Shown: one piece after another, positions 56,510 through 64,000 of the stretch
Numbering within the stretch: position 1 is the first letter of the stretch
Layout: every line of letters begins with the position of its first letter
Origin: Bdellovibrionota bacterium
GTDB taxonomy: Bacteria; Bdellovibrionota_C; UBA2361
DNA length: 64,000 bases
NCBI GenBank assembly: GCA_044352465.1
Contig: JBILDU010000002.1
Span: 13,915 to 77,914 of the forward strand
Direction of reading: 5' to 3'
The notes under the pieces: generated by a model
The model's database searches: none
What the model was told of the DNA's origin: nothing
What the model saw: the letters and a program-made list of their open reading frames with translations, nothing else
Made by a program: the position numbers and the translations under genes

Positions 56510-56854
56510 ATGGCGAAGGGATTCCCCGGGTTCCCGGGTGGTGGAATGGGAAATATGCAGGCGCTCATGAAGCAAGCCCAGAAGATGCAGGAACAGCTTC
56601 AAAAAGTTCAGAGCGATGCCGAGCAGTACACCGCCGAGGGGAGCGCTGGCGGTGGCGTGGTGAAGATAACGGCGAACGGTCAGAATCGATTGCTTTCGGT
56701 CGCTATCGATAAGCAGTGTGTGAATCCTGATGATGTCGAGATGCTCCAAGATCTGGTCCTCGTTGCTGCTAACGATGCGTTACAGAAAGTGCAGGAGAAT
56801 CTTAAGAGCCAGATGTCAAAGATTACCGGTGGAATGAATATCCCCGGACTTTAA
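56510..56854 (+). CDS. ybaB: nucleoid-associated protein YbaB/EbfC
   Basis: GNMQALMKQAQKMQEQLQKVQ…GGGVVKITANGQ…. Confidence 0.9.
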   Translation: MAKGFPGFPGGGMGNMQALMKQAQKMQEQLQKVQSDAEQYTAEGSAGGGVVKITANGQNRLLSVAIDKQCVNPDDVEMLQDLVLVAANDALQKVQENLKSQMSKITGGMNIPGL

Positions 56855-56866
56855 GAGGTCTTTGCG

Positions 56867-57472
56867 ATGTTGTCTTTTCCCCCTGCTATGCAGAAGCTCA
56901 TTCGTGAGCTCTCGAAGCTTCCCTCGATCGGGGAGAAGTCGGCGACCCGGCTCGCCTACCACCTTGTGAATAACGACCGTGCGCTCGCTGAGTCACTCGC
57001 TGAGACGCTGCGACACGCTGTTAAAGGGGTTCAGCCGTGTTCCCGTTGCTTCAACTTAAGCGAGGGAGAGCTGTGCACGATCTGTAAGAATCCTCAGCGC
57101 GATGCCGCCCTCATCTGTGTCGTTGAAAAGCCGATGGACCTCGTTGCTATCGAGCGGATGGGGGAGTATCGGGGGCTCTATCACGTCTTGCACGGACTCT
57201 GGGCACCGCTCCGGGGGCAGGGGCCGGAGAGTATGAAGCTGAGCGAGCTTATCGCGCGCCTCGATGGGGGCGGTATCAAAGAGGTGATTCTCGCAACAAG
57301 CTCAACGGTGGAAGGGGACGCCACGGCGCTCTACGTCGCCCGCCTTGTTGCCCAGAAGGGGATTCCAACGTCCAGGCTGGCCCAAGGTATGCCGAAAGGG
57401 GGAGAACTCGAATACGCCGACGATATAACGCTCTCGCGGGCTCTCTCCGGGCGCCATGTTATTTCGGGGTAG
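56867..57472 (+). CDS. recR: recombination protein RecR
   Basis: HhH N-terminus. C4 zinc finger CSRCFNLSEGELCTIC. Toprim domain. Confidence 0.93.
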   Translation: MLSFPPAMQKLIRELSKLPSIGEKSATRLAYHLVNNDRALAESLAETLRHAVKGVQPCSRCFNLSEGELCTICKNPQRDAALICVVEKPMDLVAIERMGEYRGLYHVLHGLWAPLRGQGPESMKLSELIARLDGGGIKEVILATSSTVEGDATALYVARLVAQKGIPTSRLAQGMPKGGELEYADDITLSRALSGRHVISG

Positions 57473-57544
57473 TTCAAAAATGCCCGTTGAGAGGCGCCAA
57501 GAGGGGTTTTAAAAGGGAAATAGCCGGGTAACTGAGCCATGCTA

Positions 57545-57572
57545 TTGACTTAATGCCCCTAAGACGTAAAAT
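57545..57572 (+). promoter_or_regulatory. sigma70-like promoter for tRNA-Asn
   Basis: TTGACT-16 nt-TAAAAT ending about 12 nt before the tRNA 5' end. Confidence 0.45.
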
Positions 57573-57584
57573 TCGACCCGGTCT

Positions 57585-57660
57585 TCCCCGGTAGCTCAGC
57601 TGGTAGAGCAGGTGACTGTTAATCACCGTGTCGCTGGTTCGATCCCAGCCCGGGGAGCCA
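57585..57660 (+). tRNA. tRNA-Asn (anticodon GTT), CCA encoded
   Basis: 76 nt. Acceptor stem TCCCCGG/CCGGGGA. D-arm GCTC-AGCTGGT-AGAGC. Anticodon loop CTGTTAA. T-arm GCTGG-TTCGATC-CCAGC. Discriminator G plus CCA. Confidence 0.93.
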
Positions 57661-57948
57661 TTTTCCCGACGATTACCTCTCTTACTATTACCTCTATTAT
57701 CCCGAAGATATTTCCTGAGGTTCGCGCGTCCTTTTTCGGTTCCTCCGTTTCTTGTTAGCTTTTTCTTGTTCCCCTTTTTGTGAGCCGAACGGCTCATATC
57801 TTTGAGTCTTATACCTGGGCAACAGGGAAATGACGGGGAAATGGGGGGGCATCAAGGAAACTCACGCTTCCCCCTTCCGTGGCCTCGGGGGCTCCGAACG
57901 GGGGAGATTTTCGTCAATCAATTCAGAGAATTTGGCGATAGTGTGGGT

Positions 57949-58965
57949 ATGGTAAAAGGTTCCCCCCACTGGCTGTTTGTTCTCCTCTCGATCCTCCTAC
58001 GGCTTCATGAGGCGACTGCAGCCCCGACCCTCGATGGAATCGGCTCGTTCGGCTACCAACTTCAAAACCCTGATATAAGCCAGCTGGCGGTCTCTTCGTA
58101 TGAACTAGTCATCATCGACTATTCGAGAGACGGGAGTGATGCCCAAGCTTTTTCGGCGACAGAGATAGCGACGCTCAAGAATTCAGGCAAAAAGGTGCTC
58201 GCTTATCTCAGCATCGGTGAGGCTGAAGAGTATCGTTTCTATTTTAAATCTGCATGGACACGGGCGCAAAAGCGTGGCCCGTGCGGCCGTGTTCCCGCGC
58301 GACGTGCCCCGGCGTGGCTCGATGAGGTGAACCGCGATTTTTGCGGGAATTATAAGGTTAAATATTGGGATCGTCAGTGGCAACGGCTCGTATTCGGCGT
58401 TCGGCACGGTAAGCGCCGGAGCTACCTTGATCGGATTATCGATGCGGGCTTCGATGGCGCCTATTTGGACATCGTTGATGGATATGAGTATTGGCTCGAA
58501 AAACGCGGTGCGGCACGGCGTCCGACGGCGGCACAAGATATGGCGAACTTTGTGGTAAAGCTCGCCCGCTATGCTCGGGTGAAGCGAGGCCAACGAGATT
58601 TCATCGTGGTACCACAAAACGGCGCCGAGATTATTGACGTGGTGAGCCCTAAGCTGCGTAAGCGCTACCTCGCCACGATCCAAGGAATCGGGGCGGAGGA
58701 TACGTTTTATTTCGGACGCAAAGATGAGGATAATCGGTTTGATCCTCAGCCTGCGCTGCGAACCCTCGAGAAATATGTCGCTGCGGGGAAGAAAGTTTTC
58801 GCCGTTGATTACCTCCTTCAGAGCGCCAAAATTGAAAAATTTGCGCGTCTTGCTTGCGCGCAGGGCTTCGTTCCCCAGGTAGCTAGCCGTGCACTCGATA
58901 CCGTTGAGAACCAAGTTCTCGTCGGATGTCAGTGTCTCTTTTCGGAAAGCGGTTGGGTCTGCTAA
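57949..58965 (+). CDS. secreted GH114-family (endo-alpha-1,4-polygalactosaminidase-like, PelA/Ega3-type) TIM-barrel hydrolase
   Basis: Signal peptide MVKGSPHWLFVLLSILLRLHEATAAP. YQLQ…LVIIDYSRDG…AYLSIGEAEEYRFY…GFDGAYLDIVDGYEYW pattern typical of GH114. This assignment is from memory of the family pattern, not a search. Confidence 0.6.
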   Translation: MVKGSPHWLFVLLSILLRLHEATAAPTLDGIGSFGYQLQNPDISQLAVSSYELVIIDYSRDGSDAQAFSATEIATLKNSGKKVLAYLSIGEAEEYRFYFKSAWTRAQKRGPCGRVPARRAPAWLDEVNRDFCGNYKVKYWDRQWQRLVFGVRHGKRRSYLDRIIDAGFDGAYLDIVDGYEYWLEKRGAARRPTAAQDMANFVVKLARYARVKRGQRDFIVVPQNGAEIIDVVSPKLRKRYLATIQGIGAEDTFYFGRKDEDNRFDPQPALRTLEKYVAAGKKVFAVDYLLQSAKIEKFARLACAQGFVPQVASRALDTVENQVLVGCQCLFSESGWVC

Positions 58966-59024
58966 CGGAGAGAGCGTTGGCACCAGCCTTTGCCTCTTCG
59001 TGGTGGGCGAGCGCTTGGCTGTGC

Positions 59025-60839
59025 CTACCGCAGCCGGTTCAATGCCTCTTCAGCGGCGGCGTGATAGTGGTTCGATAGCAAGGTCCAGTCGAACATATCG
59101 GTAAGCCGTTCAGCTCGGTTGCGTAGCTCGATCCGTTCACGCCGGGTAAGTTGAACAAAGCGGAGAAGGTACTCAGCGAGCGCATTGATGCTTTCGCCGG
59201 GCTGCTTCGTCGAGCGGTCAAGAACGTAGATCCCCCGATCCGCGACGTCTGGCACATGTCGTCGCACAAAGGTACCGAAACCGCTCAGATCGGTCGTGAT
59301 GGCGGGGAGTCCAAGCGCGATACACTCGAGCGGGGTGTAGCCCCACGGCTCGTAGGAACTCGGGAAAACACCCAAATGGCACCCGCGCACGAACTGGTCG
59401 TAGTCGAGCCCGAACAAAGGGCTCGTCGCCGTCATGAAGTCAGGGTGAAAAACCACTTTGACCGGGTCGCTCGGCGAATTGAACAGGCGACGGTGGCGGA
59501 GGTGTTTTAATACCGGGTCATTCGCATCGTCGACGACTTCGTGGGTGACGATGGGCGGCAATCGACTGGTCTTCATCGTGTGGAGCGCCCGTTTCATCCG
59601 GGTCTCAAACTCATCGGGGAGAAGCTCCTCGTAGGAGGGGAGGTGGCCCCGCACGACTGCCGAGAGGAGTCGTTGCCCCATCTTTGTTTCGGCCTCATTG
59701 CAGATCTTTTTGAGATCTTCGAACATCAGGTGGCTTTGCAGCGCGGCGACGTTGATATTTCGGGTCGCGGCACGGGTGATAATAAATGCCACGACCGTTG
59801 GAGGATGCGGGATCTCCTTCAGCATGAGGTTGAGCCGGTGCAGCGCTTCGATGAAAACATCCATGCCTTTGTTGCGATATTCGTACCGACCGCTGGTGAA
59901 AAGGTAGATCGTCCGGTCAAGATCGAACGTGTAGCTCTGGAAGAAGTGACCCATGGTAAACTCGTGGATCTTCTCCTTGAACTTGAGATGGAGGTTTTGA
60001 AATTCGTGGAGTGCAGTGAACCGTTGAATATTGAGCCCGTTCGGAAGGATGAATTCCGGAGCTCGTCCAAGGAACTGCTCGGTTTCTCGGGCAGTCACTT
60101 CGCTGATCGTCGAGAATACCGTGGCGCACCGTGCCGCGAGTCGCTCGAGGGCGAAGCGGGGGTAGATGTTGAAATGGGTCGCCATCTTGTCTGGGTCGAT
60201 ATGGGCTAGGTCGCGATAGAAATTCGGGTTATCGCTCGCAATATACCGTCCGAGGAGGGTTGCGTGGGTTGTGAAGATCGTCCCCATGCGCAAGTGGGTA
60301 TGAGCGATGCGGGGGATCGCAACTCCAGCCATCCATTCGTGAAAGTGAGCAACGATCGGGCGTTGCGTCTCTGATTGCAGTAGGGCGTTAAAGAACTCAA
60401 ACGTACCGAAGCCGAACGCCACGGTATCGTTAACCTCGCCGTCGTTCTCTGGCAGGCTCACTCCGTGATCTTTCCACAGGAGATACTTCGCTTTACCGAG
60501 ATCAACCCCGCGTGACTCCAGGAGGATCACGTTCGGGCGCCCCGTAATAAGCCATCGGCCGGTGTGGGCGATAATGCCGATCGATTTCAGATGTTCGATT
60601 GCGGGCGCCAGCGCTGCTGGAGGTGGGGTCTCTTCAAATTCAACCGCCGCGGCTTGTGCGTTGTACGGTCCGATAAGAAAATAACGCTCTTGCCATCGAG
60701 CGAGCATCGCCGGCACCTTGGTGCGAATGACGGTATAAATACCGCCGATCTGATTGCACACTTCCCAGGCAACCTCGAAGAAGAGCGGGCTTTGGTTCAA
60801 GCTTTCGGGGGAGGGGGGACGTATCGTGGTGGTAGGCAT
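59025..60839 (-). CDS. eukaryotic-type glycogen synthase (glycosyltransferase family 3)
   Basis: N-terminus FEVAWEVCNQIGGIYTVIRTK matches the GT3 glycogen synthase motif (yeast/human FEVAWEVANKVGGIYTV). 604 aa. C-terminal GT-B domain. Confidence 0.85.
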   Translation of the reverse strand: MPTTTIRPPSPESLNQSPLFFEVAWEVCNQIGGIYTVIRTKVPAMLARWQERYFLIGPYNAQAAAVEFEETPPPAALAPAIEHLKSIGIIAHTGRWLITGRPNVILLESRGVDLGKAKYLLWKDHGVSLPENDGEVNDTVAFGFGTFEFFNALLQSETQRPIVAHFHEWMAGVAIPRIAHTHLRMGTIFTTHATLLGRYIASDNPNFYRDLAHIDPDKMATHFNIYPRFALERLAARCATVFSTISEVTARETEQFLGRAPEFILPNGLNIQRFTALHEFQNLHLKFKEKIHEFTMGHFFQSYTFDLDRTIYLFTSGRYEYRNKGMDVFIEALHRLNLMLKEIPHPPTVVAFIITRAATRNINVAALQSHLMFEDLKKICNEAETKMGQRLLSAVVRGHLPSYEELLPDEFETRMKRALHTMKTSRLPPIVTHEVVDDANDPVLKHLRHRRLFNSPSDPVKVVFHPDFMTATSPLFGLDYDQFVRGCHLGVFPSSYEPWGYTPLECIALGLPAITTDLSGFGTFVRRHVPDVADRGIYVLDRSTKQPGESINALAEYLLRFVQLTRRERIELRNRAERLTDMFDWTLLSNHYHAAAEEALNRLR

Positions 60840-60853
60840 GGTGAGCTCTCGTG

Positions 60854-61561
60854 TTAACGCTCCCGCTCGGCCGCTTCAAGGGTATTGGGGACTTTTGTCT
60901 TTAGTTCAACGAGTAGAGACGCTAGCCGGCGCACCTTTTTATCCGGTCCGTTCGCCTCGCTGTAGCGCGTTGCAAAGAAGTCTTTGGCTGGTTTTGAGCC
61001 AGCGATCTCTTGCTTTACCGTGTCGCGACATTTCAAATAGCGGGGGCGTTGAACGCGGGTGAACTCGCTCGTTGTATTCATGTGAGCGGTGCGGACCAGG
61101 AAATTGAGCCGTTTCTCCATGTCGCCCTTCAGCCATGTTTTCCAGAACCGCTCCATTGTAGGACAGAGCTCGGTGGCACCATTTTTGGCGTTCACCACGT
61201 CGATCTCGAGGATTCCATCGAGGACAAGGGGGCAGGCCCCGGAGCGGACAGTGCAGTAGAGGTACACCCCGACGAGATGGTTTATCGCAGCGTCATTAAG
61301 CGGTTGGAGTTGCGCGCTCCCTGTCGTCCGCAAGGTTTCGAGCGTTGCTGAGAAATCGTTGAAGTAAGCGATAGCTGCGTCTTGTCCGACATCATAAGGG
61401 TTTCGCTTTACCGTCGAGGTATCTTCGAGCTCAATCTCGCCGACCTGGGCGCTCGGAGTTTCCCCTTGCGCTGCAACCGATACGGGATAACTGAGGGGAC
61501 TCGTCAACGTTGCGGTGAAAACAGCGGAAAGAAACAAATCGATCGGCCGAAACCTTGCCAT
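60854..61561 (-). CDS. secreted hypothetical protein, immediately upstream of and co-transcribed with the GT3 glycogen synthase
   Basis: MARFRPIDLFLSAVFTATLTSPLSYPVSVAAQG signal peptide. 15-bp gap to the downstream gene. Confidence 0.5.
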   Translation of the reverse strand: MARFRPIDLFLSAVFTATLTSPLSYPVSVAAQGETPSAQVGEIELEDTSTVKRNPYDVGQDAAIAYFNDFSATLETLRTTGSAQLQPLNDAAINHLVGVYLYCTVRSGACPLVLDGILEIDVVNAKNGATELCPTMERFWKTWLKGDMEKRLNFLVRTAHMNTTSEFTRVQRPRYLKCRDTVKQEIAGSKPAKDFFATRYSEANGPDKKVRRLASLLVELKTKVPNTLEAAERER

Positions 61562-61833
61562 ACTTTCGATCCTCACACGAGCTTGATCGGTAAAACCGGG
61601 TACAACTAAATGTTGTTTTTGTAGCCCTGTAGCGAACTCGCACTAAGCCTCGAAAAGGCCGAAGCCGTCACTTTTCGAAACTTCGCCCCGCTAGAGTAGG
61701 GGCGAGTCATACCTTGAACGGATAGTAGCAGAAACCTGCCCAGAAGGCATTTTTAAATCAGCCCGGTTCGTTCACGGCGAGCGTCGTTTCTCTTCCGCCG
61801 GTGCCGATATCTTCGCGATGCTTGCAGGGCGAA

Positions 61834-62727
61834 TTATGCTTGCGCTTTCGCCGCCTCGTCGAATATCCGCTGCGGTGGTTCACGGAGATCCCACACGATG
61901 CCGAACCAAGAGAGGGCTTTGAGCATATAGTGGGAGATGTCGATCTCCCACCAGTAGAATCCTTGGCGCTCCGAGCCGGGGTAGCGGTGGTGATTGTTAT
62001 GCCATCCTTCGCCAAGGGTTAAGAGAGCGAGGATCAGGCTGTTCTTGCTCTCATCCGTTGTTTTGAAACGGCGTCGTCCCATGAGGTGGGCTGCTGAGTT
62101 GATGAGGAAGGTGCCATGATAGAGGAGTGTCGTGCTGACGAAGAAACCCCACACAAGGAGTTGAAATCCATCGGTACCAAGGGATGGGTAGGCTGCGCCC
62201 AGAAAGTTGCCGAAGTAAAATAGAAAGACCGCCAAAGCGACCGGAGCAACGAGGTGCCACTCGTCGAGCCACCGCAGCTCCGGGAACTTTAAAAAGTCAC
62301 GGATAAGTTCGGGGCGGCCCGAAACGAATTCGGAGCATAGCACCCACCCAACGTGGGCGTGCCACACCCCGTAAATGTGGGGAGCGTGCATGTCCTCAGC
62401 TGTGTCTGAGTGTTGGTGGTGGTGGCGGTGATGTGAGGCCCACCACAGAGGTCCCTTTTGGGCTGAGGAGCAGCCGAGAAAGGCGAGCAAAAACTGAAAG
62501 AGTCGACTCGTCTTGTAAGAGCGATGAGAGAAATAGCGATGGTATCCGCCAGTGATAGCGAACATCCGAATAACGTAAAGAAAGAGGCAAACTCCGAGAG
62601 CGAACCAGCTAAATCCCGCCCAGATGACCAGGAGGCAGGCGAGATGAACGCCCCAAAAGACCCACTGCTTTAGAACATTTATCGCGCTTGTCTGACCTTC
62701 CATAACCTCGCCACTTTCTTCGTCCAA
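61834..62727 (-). CDS. membrane acyl-CoA/acyl-lipid delta-9 fatty acid desaturase
   Basis: Three His boxes HRYFSH, HRHHHQHSD, HNNHHRYP and four TM helices. Confidence 0.88.
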   Translation of the reverse strand: MDEESGEVMEGQTSAINVLKQWVFWGVHLACLLVIWAGFSWFALGVCLFLYVIRMFAITGGYHRYFSHRSYKTSRLFQFLLAFLGCSSAQKGPLWWASHHRHHHQHSDTAEDMHAPHIYGVWHAHVGWVLCSEFVSGRPELIRDFLKFPELRWLDEWHLVAPVALAVFLFYFGNFLGAAYPSLGTDGFQLLVWGFFVSTTLLYHGTFLINSAAHLMGRRRFKTTDESKNSLILALLTLGEGWHNNHHRYPGSERQGFYWWEIDISHYMLKALSWFGIVWDLREPPQRIFDEAAKAQA

Positions 62728-62914
62728 AGACCCTCTCCGGGTCTGTTACTAAGCCTCGTAGTTGTATCTCGACCGAACCACCGTTGCAAACGGGTGCGTT
62801 CGTAGGGGGCGCGCTAGAATTAAATTCGGGAGCGAGGCGCGCTATGATGCGAATCAAATATAGAAAAAAATCCCATTTGCCTCAGTTAGTTGGACCTTCT
62901 CGGAGGGGTGTCCG

Positions 62915-63355
62915 GTGAGGCTCAGTTTGACAAACGCAACACGGTTGCGCTATTTTCTCGGAATGAATCGAGAGTTAAACATTTTAAACAACGTCGATCG
63001 AGTCGGGGCTGTCGTCTCGTTTGCGTGTGCGGTGCACTGTCTTGCCCTCCCGTTGTGTCTCTCGATCCTCCCGCTCCTCGGCCTTGGCTTCCTCGCGAGC
63101 GAAGGATTCGAGGTTGGCATGATTGGGTTCGCGCTTCTTTTCGCTACCTTGAGTCTTTGTTGGGGGAGTCGAGTTCACGGGCGTAAACATCTTTTCGCTT
63201 TTATCGCGGTGGCCCTGGTGCTCTTCTCCGCTGCGCACGAATTCGGCCACGACGTGGGGCACTCAATCCTGATGGGGTTGGGTGGCCTCCTCCTCGCGAG
63301 CGCTCACATTCTTAACCGCCGCCTCTGCAAATCTTGCAATTCGTGTAACTGCTAA
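62915..63355 (+). CDS. MerC-like small polytopic membrane protein with Cys-rich C-terminus
   Basis: GTG start 5 nt after a GGAGGGG RBS. Four TM helices. Cys pairs CAVHC…CL and terminal CKSCNSCNC. Confidence 0.45.
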   Translation: MRLSLTNATRLRYFLGMNRELNILNNVDRVGAVVSFACAVHCLALPLCLSILPLLGLGFLASEGFEVGMIGFALLFATLSLCWGSRVHGRKHLFAFIAVALVLFSAAHEFGHDVGHSILMGLGGLLLASAHILNRRLCKSCNSCNC

Positions 63356-63502
63356 ACTCTCGTTCGCTTTTCTGAAGCCTGCGAATGCCCTGAGCGACCG
63401 AAGGAGGTTGAAGGGCTTCTTCTGGTTCGAATTGGTTCCCACCATGTCCGGGAACCAAGTCCAAGGGTAGAAAGTCTCTTTGAAAATGACCGTGGCGGCA
63501 GC

Positions 63503-63934
63503 TTATGAGCCCCGACAACGACCACAGAGCCCGACAAATTCGAGGGTGTGATTTAATACTTTGAAGTCGTGGCTCCGCAGAATCTGGGCCTCGATTTCAT
63601 CGAGATCGTGCCCCATTTCGATGCACTGAATCGAGCGGCACTTAAGGCAGATCATGTGGTGGTGGTGGTCCGATTCGTCGAGGATTTCGTACCGCTTCAT
63701 CCCCTCGAGGAGGTCAACTTCCCGTACGATGCGCTTTCCAAGGAGAAAGTGAAGCTCCCGGTATACGGTTGTTTTGTTGACCTCGAGCGACCGGCGCTTG
63801 AGTCCGGTGATGAGTTCCGCCGCGGATATCGGACCTTTATGCCGGCATAAGATCTCAACGACAGCGCGGCGCACCTGGGTCATCCGGCTTCCGTCGGTCT
63901 TTAGTTTGTCGAGGATCTCTTTCGGCTCACTCAC
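63503..63934 (-). CDS. Fur-family metalloregulator (Fur/Zur/PerR)
   Basis: Winged-helix N-domain (…TQVRRAVVEIL…PISAAELI…). Metal sites HHHHMICLKC…C…GLCGRC. Confidence 0.85.
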   Translation of the reverse strand: MSEPKEILDKLKTDGSRMTQVRRAVVEILCRHKGPISAAELITGLKRRSLEVNKTTVYRELHFLLGKRIVREVDLLEGMKRYEILDESDHHHHMICLKCRSIQCIEMGHDLDEIEAQILRSHDFKVLNHTLEFVGLCGRCRGS

Positions 63935-64000
63935 ACAACGACGGTACCAGACTTTCGGTGGGAACGTAAATCATCGTTTCCTGAGCGGGTTGATCGATCA

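Noticed and set aside
57661-57800. Genomic island junction at tRNA-Asn
   Set aside because: No integrase, no recombinase, and no obvious direct repeat of the tRNA 3' end within the window. Kept only as a compositional observation.
59541-60209. 222-aa plus-strand ORF inside the glycogen synthase gene
   Set aside because: Antisense to a gene with a strong GT3 N-terminal signature.

Overview
This is a high-GC (roughly 58-60% by eye) Gram-negative chromosomal segment. A complete type IVa pilus assembly module (pilM-pilN-pilO-[gap]-pilQ), a class A PBP, an O-antigen-ligase-like gene, the ffs-dnaX-ybaB-recR block and a GldA/F/G-like ABC-2 cluster point to a delta-proteobacterium/Myxococcota-like or related environmental lineage. 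Identifiable housekeeping genes are metH, priA, accB-accC, tdk, dnaX-ybaB-recR, tRNA-Asn(GTT), a probable SRP RNA, an ABC-F ATPase, a PBP1A and a cyclophilin. Between them sit many accessory genes for secreted or surface proteins, several with Pro/Thr or Pro-rich linkers. These are an S8 subtilase of 941 aa, a 1167-aa multi-domain surface protein, a Cys-punctuated PT-repeat protein, a membrane-anchored VWA protein paired with a coiled-coil protein, a DUF1573 protein and a transmembrane J-domain protein. The most unusual arrangement is an isolated two-gene unit encoding a Tad-pilus CpaB/RcpC-family protein immediately upstream of a bona fide flagellin-family gene, with no other tad or flagellar genes in 64 kb. 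Other points of interest: a pilM-N-O-Q locus with a roughly 600-bp non-coding gap where pilP is expected; an 18-nt AT-rich motif present twice (upstream of the flagellin and of the PT-repeat protein); a kinase-less Hpt plus dual-REC pair; an orphan MraZ paralogue co-oriented with an unknown 356-aa protein; a thymidine kinase with an atypical P-loop; and a eukaryotic-type (GT3) glycogen synthase next to a GH114 hydrolase downstream of tRNA-Asn. No CRISPR arrays, transposases or integrases were seen. I could not run similarity searches or GC and structure computations, so product calls rest on motifs I recognised by eye.
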